From: the human T2T-CHM13v2.0 reference genome, Homo sapiens
Assembly (NCBI RefSeq): GCF_009914755.1
Contig: NC_060935.1
Strand: one strand, 5' to 3'
Length of the DNA: 64,000 bases
The position numbers and the translations under genes are program-made. The notes beneath the pieces are model-generated. The model was not told the origin of the DNA. It saw only the letters and a program-made list of their open reading frames with translations, and made no database searches. Positions 15,013 to 27,888 of this stretch are shown here, one piece after another. Every line of letters begins with the position of its first letter. The first letter of the stretch is position 1.

Positions 15013-16487
15013 CACAACTATATACAGCTTTTTGTTTTATATTGTTTTGTTTTAATGAATGAAATCCAATCTTCTTAAAAGAAACCATCTTCTAAGATAA
15101 CTTTTAAGACAGTCTTTATTCTTCCCAATAAAGACAGTATGTCTTCACATAAAGACAGTATATCAAGCTTATCTAATATGTTACAGATTGCTAAGCATGT
15201 CTCTTATCACCTAACACCATGGTTGTAATGCCTACGGAGTGGGTTCATATATCTTACCTTAAACTATTAATAGTGACTACAGTACTGTAAGTTTATATAC
15301 TAAGTGGTCCTGAACTGCTAGTCGATTTCATTCAGCCTTTTTAGGGTTTAAGGAGAGGTAATATGGGATAACAGGAAAACTGAGATTCAGAGAGGTGGAC
15401 ATGCCATTAATACCTGCGTAATCAACTTGGCCCTCAGTTAAAAGGTCCAATCCTTAGCAGAGGGCCTTGCACATACTATGTGCTTAGTGAATGTTAGCTA
15501 AGTTGAAGAGACTAAACAGAGAACCTTTAAGATCTCATTTAAGAGGTGACTCCATAGGTTCTAATTATACTCCCAGGGGTTAGAAGATATACATAAATAA
15601 AGGTAGATGTGGATGTTGCTAGAGGCAGATTTAAAAGAAAGATATGACATCTGCCCAATTGTCACCAAGGGAGAAAATAAATAGCAAAAAAGTCATATTT
15701 TAAAAGCACAGTGGTCTGGGGGCATTCAGGAACAAAGAGCCCTATATATTTTCATAGCTTCTACATAGATCAATACCAAAATTGATAAATAAATTAACAA
15801 ATAGAAGACTAAGTTGTATTAGGTGTACTCTTTAAGAAGGCAGAGAAATTTATATTTCATTTTAGAAATTTAGTCAAAGAGTTAAGTAGAAATTTAAAGG
15901 TGTTAATTAATTAGAAAATATGAATAAATGAAATATATTATTTCTCAGTGATGAAAATAAGCTATTACTACATATGTATTCCTCTAGCAAAATGATGACA
16001 CAGTAAAAAAAAGTATATATATATATGCATGTGTGTGTCTATATACACACACACATGAATGAATTGCTTCATGTACAGAAACCTTCTCAGTGTTACCTTT
16101 GACTATCCTAGGAGTCTTTCTCTAGAGTGGCTAATTCTCATATTCCATTTTGTTATGCACCCCTTTAGTGCTTTCAAACAAGAGTCTATTGGTATAAAAT
16201 TGAGATGCTGGGATGTACTACTGTATCCTAGAATTGCTTCAATATGCCTGTGCTGTGTTCCAAGTTCCATTTTAAGTTCTTTCCATATCTTCTGTCCCCA
16301 TTACATACTTTTAAAAAGCTACATAGAAAGTCAACTTATAATAGATACTCAATAAGTATTTGTTAATGCTAACTGAAAACATTAAGTCTTACCAATCAAC
16401 ACCTCTGGTTATATCTTACACAGCCATGACATATGGGGCATACATACAACAAGGGGAAAAACGAAAAACAAAAAGAGCAAGCCTTAC

Positions 16488-16630
16488 ACATCATTAAGCT
16501 CAGCTACTCTCCCGAGAAATTCTTCATAAGTTAAGGAGCCACTCTCTCGAACCAACGTAACATGTTTTGCTACTTTTTCTGGTAACTTGTTAATAACCAA
16601 CTGTGTCTGATCCGAAATTTGCTGTCCCAT
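16488..16630 (-). CDS. RNF141: RNF141 exon 2 coding part (143 nt; whole exon 16488-16677): [48 protein letters not shown]
   Basis: ATG at 16630-16628 in context ATCATGG; acceptor tttgacag| at 16678-16679; donor |gtaagg at 16486-16487; MGQQIS fits the N-myristoylation consensus MGxxxS. Confidence 0.96.
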
Positions 16631-19082
16631 GATGAAAAGATGTCTTTCAAAATCCAGAGTGTTGCTTCACATAGTTTCTGTCAAATATACAGAAAAGTTA
16701 CTTTTACATATTATACAAAAACGGCAATATACTCATTCTTCAAAAACATAAAGAAAAACTAGGGATACCTTTAAGTGAGAGTTGAGTAGACCTACATGAG
16801 TCTAAGGTAGAATTTAAATGACTCTGTTTTCAGATTCACATAGCTAAATGAGAAAACAGGATTCACTTATATATTATTGGGAGGGTGATGAACCTCTAAT
16901 TCTTATAATTTTACCAAGTCAAAAACCACTAAAGCACATGTGCATGTGTACACACACACACACACACACACACGCATTCAAGTAATTGTATTTAAGAGGA
17001 AGTTTGTCTACCTTCTATAATTTTCCTAAGAACATTTCCTGACTGCTTACCACATGTCAGGCTCCAAACTGTTTTCCGTATATTATGTCAATTACTTCTT
17101 ACAACAATCCTAAGAGGTAGACAATATTACACCCCTACCTATTTCCCATAGACAGGGAAACTGAGCTAGGTGATTTATCTAAACTTACACAGCTGTAAGT
17201 GGTGAAAGTGAACTCTGAATTTGTTTTTCAGATTCTAGTACTTACATTCTTATCCACTATGACATACTGGCTCACAATATATTTACATCAGCTAAATAAT
17301 TTTTTGTTGAATTACTTTATTTATAGATGTGTACCTTAGTTTTAATTTTTAAAAATATATAAATAGACTTGTGGCTTGAAAAACCTAAGAAAATTAAAAT
17401 GTTAGATATTTTAACCACCTCACATTTTCTGCCTGGAAAAAGATAGCTCTTTTGTTCATTAACTCTTTTAGGTACCCCCAAAATATATATCTAATTATCA
17501 AGTTTTTAAATGCCCCCAAAATCAGATGCCCCCCCAAGAAATTCTATTTTATTTATCCATCAAAGACTATCATTTTATTTCATCCAAATTAACAACCATA
17601 TCACATAAAGCAGGTGAAACAGTAATACTCTTATAGAAAAAGTTTTGGTAGGAAGATTGCTTTATCATTAATCAAAAAATAAAGCTATAAATTTAAAATA
17701 TATATAACTTTATGAAGTTAGTAACCCCAAAATATGTAAAATTTCCTTTAGGTATTAAAATTTAATGTACTGTATTTGAAGTTAATTCCTTTAGTTACCT
17801 AAAATAGGAAAAGGACAATTGTAATTTAAAAAAAAAAACAAAAAACAACAGTTCTGAATCTGAGCCTACTTGGTAATAATAAATATCACATTATAGAGAT
17901 AAATGAAAGGAAGTTGTTGAGGAAGATCCAGGCCAAAAAAAAAAAAAAAAATCCCTGAAGTCAAATTATATGTAAATATAGCCAAGTGGATTTACAGCAA
18001 CTGTATCCAAGAAGAAACAATTAAAGATCTTAGCTTAGAAGAGGTCTCTAGGGCAGTCAACAACAGTGATTGCTGAATTTCAAAGACTAGTAAAATCTCA
18101 AAGCACCATGGTGTTGGATACTTCTTTTAATTCTAAGCAAGGACAGTTTCCAAAAATAAACAAAAATTCCCCAAAACTTAACAAAAATCTTAAAAAGAAC
18201 TTATAACCTGAAAAGTAGGATATAATATTAGAAAAAAAGTCTTTCCCAAGAAGGGCAGTAACTTCACAATGAGGTATACCACATATTTACCAGGTATACT
18301 ACACATTGTCCTTATTTTTCTTGATCGAATCCAAACTTATGAAAACATCATCAGAAGCCAAGGGTTGCAGACTGGTATTAGGGAGCCACTGTGTTACAGG
18401 ACTTTTTTAAAATTAAATTCAACAAGTAGCAAGTGCCTGGTGCTTATGTTCTGGAGATAAAACAGTGAACAAAAGAAACATGGTTCTTGCCACTGTGGAG
18501 CATCCAATACAGTGGAGAAGAGACAGTAACCACACAAATAAATGTATAATTACAAAATGAGAAGTGCTAGGTGAACAAGTACAGGTGCTGTGAAAGCCTA
18601 TAAAAGGGGGACTTGACCTAGTTTTGTATCAGGGAAGAAGTCCCTGGGCAAACAACATTTTACTTGAGGTCAGAATGGTCAGAGTTAGGGATTAAAAAAA
18701 AAGTAGGGAAATGGCAAAAGGAGGACACTCCAGGCAGAGGTTATGAAAAGTGCCTGAGACAGGAAGCAGGACGGTGACTTTGAGGTAATTTTTAAAAAGG
18801 CCACAATGACTAAAGCAGAGAGGCAAAGGGAGAGGGAAACTGGCACCAAGAGTTGGGCTGTTTAACATTTTTGCTGATGACCTGAAGACTGTATGCCTGC
18901 CCAATCTGCGGATGACCAAAACTGGAATAAATGAATATTATCTAGTGAATAATAGGATCAAGACTAAAACAGACACTTACATGCTATTTAATATGACTAA
19001 AAGTTATATCCTGAAGAGCCAACTGCACAAAAACACATATGTAAGATGTGCTCAAAAGCAGTTAAAATACAGAAGGTCTGGG

Positions 19083-19232
19083 TTTTTGTTTTTGTGTTTT
19101 TTAAAGAGATGGAGTCTCTTTAAACAAACAGAGTTTGTTGCCCAGTCTGGTAACAAACTCCTGGGCTCAAGCAATCCTCCCGCCTCGGCCTCCCAGGCCG
19201 AGGATTACAGGCATGAGCTGCCGCACCCGGCC
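19083..19232 (-). mobile_element. Alu monomer (FLAM-like)
   Basis: 'aactcctgggctcaagcaatcctcccgcctcggcctccc...cacccggcc' with T-rich tail. Confidence 0.8.
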
Positions 19233-19977
19233 AAGTCTGGGGTTTTTAATCAAAATAAGTCAACAGTATAACGGGGGCAACAAGTATGCTAAAATAATCC
19301 TAAACTCTTGCTAGAAGCAGGTATCTTGAGCAAGCAGCCTACTAGTCCATTATGCTTTGCAATGGTTAGGCCACACTGAAAAGTCTGTATTCAGCTCTAA
19401 GCAGTTGGCTTTAAAGGATACTAATAAATTAGAACATATTCATGGGCATAGAAAAAAAAAGAGGTTTATTCTAGATAGTCATAGTTTGGTAACAATGAAG
19501 CAATATAAGTTTGTTTAAATATGTGAGGAGCTGTCATGTGGAAAAACAAGATTCATTTACAGAGAATGGGATGGCCACTAAGTATAGTAAGTATAAATTA
19601 GAAAGGCAGATTTCAGTTGATGATAAGCATGTCGCACCATCCAGAAGTGGAAATGGCTGCTACATGTGAGCTCCCTCTCATTGGAAGTATGGAAGTGTTT
19701 AGGTAAAGATTAGAAGTACATCTAATAAGTGTTACAGGGATTTTTACCTGGGTGGGAAGTGGAGTAGGTGACCTTTAACCTAACATTTTATTCCCAAAAT
19801 GAAACTGAACCTTCCTCTAACATTCCTGTACCAATTTAATGAAAATGTAATTAAGATTCTAGTCAACCAGGCTGAAAACTTTGAATAATATCTACATTAC
19901 TTAACAAAGAAAAAAACTGAACTTTTGAAATATATAGTCTCAATATTTAATATAAATACCTATGATAATTTAACCAA

Positions 19978-20505
19978 CGTGGTATAGGGGAGATAGAATT
20001 TCTCTCCCTCTGCTCTCTGAGGTCTCCAGCTGGGCCCAAGAATTAAACTAACCTAAGACAGATTAACAGGAGAAAAACACACAAATTTTATTTAGTAATT
20101 TTTATACATACACAGGAGCCCTCAAGAAAAATAAGGACTAAAAAAAGTAATTAAGGCCAAAAGCTTACATAGTAGATTGGACAAAGGAGAAGTAAACTGT
20201 GAAAACATGACAAGACACAAGGGTTTGGGCTGGGCCAGTTAATCACAGAAAAGTGACTAGGAAGATAAGGGTTACTTTAAGAAGGCTTCTTTGAACACAT
20301 TTCTCTCAGCTTTGATTGCCCACTTCTAGTAATGATAATGTCTTCCTCCTGGCATAGAGAGGACATCTTTCACATGGCTGTTTTATCTCCAGCCTTCAGG
20401 AAGAATTAGGAGGGTCAGTGGGCACTTCTTACATCTGCTGCTTTTCAATGTGCTTTTAACTCAAAATAATCCTTATGCCAAAGTGGCGTATTTTGCTACC
20501 CTACA
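19978..20505. mobile_element. Probable ERV LTR relic (family not resolved)
   Basis: 'aagacagattaacaggagaaaa...atccttatgccaaagtggcgtattttg' resembles ERV1-class MER LTRs. Confidence 0.5.
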
Positions 20506-22154
20506 TTACCCACCAAAACCATATTTCAAAAGAAGAGTTAGTTGCTTATTTATTGAGTTATTAATAGAAAATGATCCCCTTTGTTTCAGCATTGTTTTCA
20601 TCTGCTGCCCTAACTTTGAGTAAAGTTTATAATTTGAGGCAGCATATTAACTTGTTATCTTGTAACTGTACTTGGTATCTGGGAAACTTCATCACTAACT
20701 CCTTGCATTAAAATGCAACAGTATCTAGAGACTACCTGAGAGAGCCTGCAGAAGTGGTTTTCAACCTGGTTCCAGAAAGAGGGCTTGACATTTAGTTTAT
20801 TTTGAAAACCATAAAATATTGATAAATATTAACATCTATCACTATATGGGTGTGAAAATAAGATATGACTCTGTGATCTGCATACAATATAAAACCACAA
20901 CACAGAGTGCATGTTCACGAAAACAATCTGTTGAGGCCATCCTCTAGTCAACCACCACAGCTTTTCAGTGTCCCTCTTTGGTGACTGCACATATTTCTAT
21001 CATACTATGACATTCGTTAAGTCACTTGGCCGTTTCCCTCTAGTGAGCTTCTTGAGGACAGCAGCTATGGTCTGTCTTCTGGCAGATACACAAGCACTCA
21101 ATAGATGTTTACTGAATAAATGCAGTAAATACCATTGGCAGTTTTTGTTTTATTATTATTCACTTAGTATTCTTTTGACTTTTGTTAATTTGGTCAGTCA
21201 TCTATTAGTACTAGGTTGGAGAGAAGCAGAAGTTAAAAATATGTATGAAAGAAAATGTAAAACTGTGAAAATCTGTCATTAAATTAATGCTTATGTAAAC
21301 TGGGAAACATTTACTATTTGATTTTAACAAGATACTCCCCCCTAGGCCATGCAACAGTGGTATTGCATAGAAACATAATTTGCAAACCACTGGCACAGAA
21401 TTCAACAAAAGATGAATTTCTGGTCAAGATTTCTCAAAGAACTAGCAGCTCTCATATTATTGTGCCACCTATAACACAGTCATTTTTTGCAAGATAAAAA
21501 TATGCTTTCAAAAAGCATTTGAAGGATTTTCTAAATAAAGAACTGTTATTTTGAAATGCACAAGATCAAGGATTCCAAAAATGCCACATTCTCTAGTGGG
21601 TGGTACATAGTGAATCACTTATTTTTCTAACAAATGAATTGTGGAAGTTCAAATATTCCTTATAAAAATATTAAAATTACATCATGGGTAACTGGCAAAG
21701 CAAAAACGAAAAAACTGCTCAAAAACTCCTAAAAATTTAAACCATAATTCATTCATAAAATAACTAAAGCAAAATGGAAAAGGCTGAAAATGCACCAAAA
21801 TGACTAAATGACAAGTACTGCACTGTAGTATTTTAAAAACCTCTCTGAAACCAGTTCTCCATCAAATTTTGTATCAACCTCACCTAAAAGGATTTAATTG
21901 AAATAAACATCAATGATTTTCACTGTCAAGTCAACTTTAACATCAGTAATAAATACCAAGTACTACTGACTGGGTCCCTAAGGATATTATTTACTTTATT
22001 ACTCATTGTTTACTCAAACTGTAGATCTGTAAACAGATATCAACTTTTTTTTTTCAAGACAAGTTAATATAGATACATAGTGAAATAATTAGGCCAGAGT
22101 CACTATAGAGTCCAGAATGCCTGTTCCAGAATCAAAGATCTTGATCAGAAAAAG

Positions 22155-22158
<4 letters not shown>

Positions 22159-22212
<54 letters not shown>
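22159..22212. repeat. (AT)27 microsatellite in RNF141 intron 1
   Basis: Direct reading. Confidence 0.95.
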
Positions 22213-22220
<8 letters not shown>

Positions 22221-23632
22221 AGGAGAGAGAAACTACAAAAGGATAGAGTGCCGTACTAGGAGATTAAGAATATGGATTTCTCACAGTAACAGTGTGTTTA
22301 CTAAATGCATTTCATATTGGAAAAAGCATATTAGACTTGTAAGAATTCTCTCTGGACCTCCCTTGCCTTTTTGGGAAGGAAAGCGTGTTTGTATTTAGAT
22401 GGGAACCAAGAAGGATCAGGCTACACACATCGAATATAAAGTTCATTTACACCAAATGACAAATATTAATTTTTGAAACATATAGTCATATTCTTGAGAA
22501 AAAGTTCTAGAAACTGAAGTCAGGCAATGTGAAAGAAAAGGATAAAAATCCATACTATTTTTGAGCTCTGAATTCAGAAAGCATCACTTCTCAGACGGGT
22601 GACTTCGACATGGAGGTGACTAATTTAGGATCGTCGGCCGGTGGCAGCTCATGCCCCCAGACAAAATTCTGAATGGGTAGAGGTCATTTTATAGCAAGAA
22701 GAATGGGCAGAAGGGAGTGAAAACGAATAAATTCGTGCTGAAGATGTAAGAATTATAAACAATTGAAAGTGTTCCAGCAGCTTTATATATATGCCAGAGG
22801 CAAGAACTGAATTAGCTGGCACCGCTAAATAGGACAGTGTCAGAATATAAAAGGTACACTACCTTTAATAAGGGGCATAGGGATCGATTTCAATAACAAT
22901 CGTAAATCCACATTTTGTAACGCCGAGACAAATAACTGAAGGAATAATTTCAAAAGCTAACACAGAAGCCTTCTGCTCCTGCTGTGTAATCACTACCTTC
23001 TTATTATTAGCAAGAAAACGTTCTTTTCTTAGCCGGGTCTCAAGGTAGCAGCTAGTTTGACAAGGAAAGACCTTTGGGAAGGGTAGCAGCCTAAGCCAAT
23101 TCAGAAGTGTGGGGCTGGCTAAGTAGATCGACGTGGCTATTTCTGAGCTATCGTCCCAGGCAAAAGGTTTCTTATTTGGGTGTCCAGCCCGGCGGAGACC
23201 GAGCCCGCGGGCCACCCTAGCGCTCGCTCTGGCTACGCCGCCTCAGCCCCTCCTCAAGCGCACCTGGACATTTAACCAACAGCTAAGTCCGGCGGCCGAA
23301 TGACTGAGCCGGCGGCAATATTCAAACAACCGTTTTGGGATAGAGAAGGAAAAACTCTCTCCGGGTCCCTCAGAACCACCCCGAGGCGGGACAAGCCACC
23401 GCCACCCCGGGCAACTGGAACCCGCCGGGCAGAAGACGGGCGTCAATAGAATGGCCTCCCCAGCCGTCCCCACGCCCCAATCCGAGGCCCGGGGAGGGCG
23501 GCGGGGCTAGGCCTGTCTCCCCGCGGAAGCCTGGCTCGGCAGCGGAGGGCCCTCTGGGGTTTCTCTTCCCAGACCCAGAGTCCTGGAGCAGCTAGCAAGG
23601 GAAACACGAAAGGACAGCGCCGCGGAGCTCAC

Positions 23633-23730
23633 CCCAGGTTCAAGGCATCGCGCACCCTGCGGCAGCGGCTGCGCTGCCTCAGCCCACAGCTCAGACCTGC
23701 GGGTGGCCGCGACTCAGGCCGGGACCCGGT
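23633..23730 (-). other. RNF141: RNF141 non-coding exon 1 (5' end approximate)
   Basis: Strong donor TGGG|gtgagc at 23631-23632 inside the CpG island; exon 2 starts with an acceptor so an upstream exon is required. Confidence 0.8.
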
Positions 23731-23779
23731 CGCACCTCTGTGACGCAAAGCCCCGCCCCCCGCGCGTTGCCGGGAGACG

Positions 23780-24053
23780 GCGCCCAACCTTCCTCTGCAG
23801 CGCCCCTACCGACCCGCGCTCCGCAGCTCCTGAGGGCTTTCGAGCCCAGATGGTCATCTGAGACGAGAGGTGGCGGCGAAGGAGAGTCTCGCCTGTCACG
23901 CTCCCGGAGCAGGGGCTTCATGAGGTGGCCATGGAAACAGCCTGGCAGACTCCCATCTCTCCTGGTGCCATCTCCGGAGCGGAAAGTGGAGCGCCCCGCT
24001 GGCGACCAAGGCCGCACTGAGAGCCCTGGTTTGGTCAACAGTTGGGCTCCAAG
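23780..24053 (+). ncRNA. IRAG1-AS1: Putative first exon of divergent lncRNA IRAG1-AS1 (MRVI1-AS1); boundaries inferred
   Basis: Recalled annotation of a lncRNA head-to-head with RNF141; candidate donor AAG|gtacca at 24054. Downstream exons cannot be located from sequence alone. Confidence 0.5.
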
Positions 24054-25384
24054 GTACCACTTCCCAGACCTCCAGCCTCCCCACTGATCATAGATACACA
24101 AAGGTCATCTTGTTTCTTTATGAGGCAATGGATTGTGTTCACCTAGCCGAGTTGTTAAGCATAAGAGAATGTATGAAAAGTAATTACAAGGTTCAAAATC
24201 CTGAGCTTTGATAAATGATAGATATGATGATGAGCACATGTTAGTGATATTACTGCTCTGCGGGACGTCTGAATCAGTAATTGCTGTCTTTTAAGCATCT
24301 GTTGTGTGCCAAATACTGCACTAGGCACTTTACGGGCATTGCTCTTGTTTAAGTCGTCTGGTCAAAGTTGCCTAGACAATAAACAGCAGAGCAAGGATTT
24401 TAACCCAGGTACAGCTGACACTGCTGCCTCTATGCTTAGCAGTTAAACTGGTTTTTATGTTTCTTGTTTGTACACCCCTCCTTCACCAGTCACTTGTAGA
24501 TTCACCTTGTGAAGAGCTAATTCTTCCCTCTAATAATAATACTCTTTGACCATTTACTATATGTCAAACCGTATTTTAAGGACTTTAAAGGTATTAATTC
24601 GTTTAATCTTCACAGCAATCCTGTGAGTAGGTATTATTAATACCTTCACTAAGACACAGGCTTAGAAAAGTCGATTAACTTTTCCAAGGTCAAACAACCA
24701 TTAAGGAGCAGAGCCAGATTCAAACCCAAGCAGACAGAACCCTGAACCTGTGTTTTTAATTCCTGTTTTAAACTGCCTCGGTAGTACGGTAAGACTTCAT
24801 TAGCGCTAGGTCCATGCCTGTTTGTGCACCATTATTTCCCTGACAGCCAGCATGGTACTTGTTCAATATTTGAACATTTGATGAATATTTGAACACTGGA
24901 AAAGGAAAAAGCTTAAAAATGAAGTATAAATAATGATTTAATAAATTCCAAAAGATATCAAATTCAACAAGATTCCATAGTTCAGCCTAATCCGGGCCTG
25001 GGAGTTAGAAATATTACTCTGTAAAAATTGCCTTCAATTAAACATTGTATTGGAAGTTCTGGTCAATGAAATAAAAAAAGACAAATATATAAAAGGCATC
25101 CAAGTTGGAAAGGAAGTTGTAGCACTGCATTTATTTGCATAAGAAAATTGTGGAATACTACAAAAAAGCTGCTAGAACTCATAAGTGAGTTTACAAAAGT
25201 TGCAAGATACAAAATCAAATATACAAAAATCAGTTGTATTTCTATATACTAGCAATGAACAATTAGAAATGGAAAATTTTTAAATATCTCTTATCAGCAA
25301 AAAAAAAAAAAAAAAAGCAGCAAATTTGGGACAAATTTGACCAAAGATGAGAAAGACATGTATACTGAAAACTATAAAATATTA

Positions 25385-25801
25385 TGGAATAGCAAAGACA
25401 TGGAATCAACCCAGGTGCTTATCAATAGTGGATTGGATAAAGAAAGTGTGGTACATATACGCCATGGAATACTATACAACCACAAAAAGGACTAGATCAT
25501 ATCTTTTGCAGCAACATGAATACAGCTGGAGGCCATTGTCCTAAGCAAAATAATGCAGAAACAGGAAACCAAATACCGCATGTTCTCACTTATAAGTAGG
25601 AGCTAAACGTTGAGTACACAGACACAAAGTTGGGAACAATAAACACTGGGGATTCCAAAAGGGTAGAAAAAACTACTATTGGGTACTATGTTCACCACTT
25701 GGGTGACCTGGATCATTAGAAGCCTAAACCTCAGCATTGTTCGATATACCCATGTAACAAAACTACACGTGTACCCCCTGAATCTAAAATAAAATAAAAA
25801 A
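25385..25801 (+). mobile_element. 5'-truncated L1PB/L1MA-type 3' end nested in the older L1
   Basis: 'aatagcaaagacatggaatcaacccagg...gtaccccctgaatctaaaataaaa'. Confidence 0.8.
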
Positions 25802-26301
25802 CATTGTTAAGAGAAATTAAAGAAGACCTAAATAAATAGAGATACATTATGTTCATGAATCAGAAGACTGAGCATTTTTAAGATATCACTTCTGCCTAAA
25901 TTGACCTACAGATTTAAGGAAATTCCAATAAAAATTCTAGCAGATTTCTTTTTGATGGAAATGACCAAACTAATTCTAAAATTTATATGGAGATGCAAAG
26001 GACCTAGGATAGTCAAGACTTTCATCAAAAAAAACAAAGTTTTGGGACTTACACTACCTGATCTCAAGACATTATAATAAGAGCTACTCAACACAGTATA
26101 GTATAGGTATGAAAATAGATAGAGTAATGGAACAGTATATAGAACCCAGAGATGTATCTATACATATGTCATCAATTGATTTTCGACAAATATGCCAAGG
26201 CAATTCAGTGGGGGAAAAGATAATCTTTTCAACAAATAAACCTGAAAAAATTGAATAGCATATGCCAAAAAACTCTTAATATCTTGCTCCTTTCCTCATA
26301 C

Positions 26302-27888
26302 TGTCACAGGATCCTTGGAGTGTTGCTCTGCCAGCCAGAAACCTCTGTGGCCGGTGGCTCCTTTGCCCGAGTTTTGCTCAGGCCCACTGGGCTCATTCTG
26401 CCCATTTGGCCTTGCAGGCTGCACTCGGCTCATGCCACTGGCCCAGATCCCATGCCTGCCAAGGACGAGCCAGGCGCAAAGTGGTGAGGGGTGCGTGAGC
26501 AAGTGAGCGCGAGGTCTGGCCGCTGCGCACAGCTAGGCACGCCAGCTGTGGCGGGGCGGGTGGCTCCAGGTGCTGGCATGGGCGCTGGCTCCTGCAAAGC
26601 TGTGGCTGGACCAGGAGTACCACAAGCGGCTTCCACTGCTGGCACTAGGGAATGTGGTGGCACCTGGAAGCTTTGAGATGCCAGGAAATGCAGAGCCCCC
26701 AAGAGGGTGTTACAGTCCTGGCTCAGGGAGCTCTTAGGTCTGGGCTTCTCGAAGTGTCAAAGCTCTTCTCTCCTTCTCTCTTCTGTCCTTCTCATCGCTT
26801 GCAACATGGGGAGTGAGGGGGTGTTTCAGCCCTGTTTGTGTTACAGTTCTTTCAGTCCTGCCATTTGGCAGGTCCCAAGTTGTTGTCCCACATCCAGGAA
26901 TAATGAGGTATGCAGACAACTGGAGGGTGAGTAGGGTGAAGAGGTGCTTTATTGAGTGACAGTATAGCTCTCAGGAGACTCTAAGTGGGTAGCTCCTTTC
27001 TGCAGGCAGGTTGTCCGGTTGTCTGCCCAGCTCTCAGCTGAGAGGAGACCCACAGTGGGTGGCTCCTTTCTGCAGGCAGGTCGTCAGGATGTCTGCTGAG
27101 CCCTCAGCAGAGAGGAGATCTGGAGTGGGTAGCTCCTACACGCAGGCAGGTTGTCCCCATGTTTCTTGAGTCTGGCTGAGCCTAGGATATTTATGGGCTC
27201 AAGAGGGAGGAAGTGCATGCTGATTGGTCCATGGGCAGTAGAAAAAGTGCCATAAGTTCTCACTCCAGTCTGAGGACCTGGCAGCCCAGCCCCCAGGCTT
27301 CAGACTCTCAGTTGCCTAAAGGTAGGGTTTCACTGAGGACCCACCCCTTTTTGCCCAGGAGCCAGTCTGCCTCATGCCACTGTCCATGGCACCAAGGCTG
27401 TTTGTGCCAGCGGGAGCCTGCAGGCCCACACTGAGCTGCCCTCAGCGCCCCCTCAGCTTCCCCTCCCATGCTCATCAGTGTCCAAAGTCCAGAGGGGGCT
27501 GAGGTGGCAGGGGGCTGGCATGTCAGTGTTGCCCCAAGCATGCACACACCTGCCAGATTGTGACAGCGTCTGGGCTTGGCCACAACTTTGCTCTGCCCCA
27601 GAAGCAGGGAGAGGCCAGACAGCAGGAGCAGGCACTTTCAAGCCTGTGGGGGCAAGGGGCTTCCTGGGCCCCTGAGAGCACAAGGATGCCCAGGTCCACA
27701 GCTGTGGTTGGGCAGCTGCAGCTGTGCCCAGGAGGGTGGGGCTCCCACCCCACCAACTCAGAAGCAGGTGGGGCTCCAGCCTGTTCCTGTTTTCATGGTT
27801 CTGTGGAGTGTGCAGCCCTGGCCAGGCCTCCCTCACTGCAGCTTGCATCTTTGCAGCAGCTGCTCCAGACGGGCTGCCACTGCCATCA
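26302..27888 (-). mobile_element. Solo ERV1 LTR, MER52-like (~1.59 kb)
   Basis: TG...CA termini; 4-bp TSD atac at 26298-26301 and 27889-27892; GC-rich; minus-strand CCAAT, TATA-like and AATAAA motifs. Confidence 0.82.

Larger units (their letters stand above)
23130..24060. promoter_or_regulatory. CpG island / bidirectional promoter (RNF141 minus, IRAG1-AS1 plus)
   Basis: Abrupt GC- and CpG-rich block in an AT-rich background; GC box ccccgccccc 23751-23760; CRE-like TGACGCAA 23741-23748; no TATA box seen. Confidence 0.92.

Noticed and set aside
23243-24101. ORFs of 61-136 aa across the CpG island
   Set aside because: GC-richness artefact; several start at non-ATG codons; no domain seen
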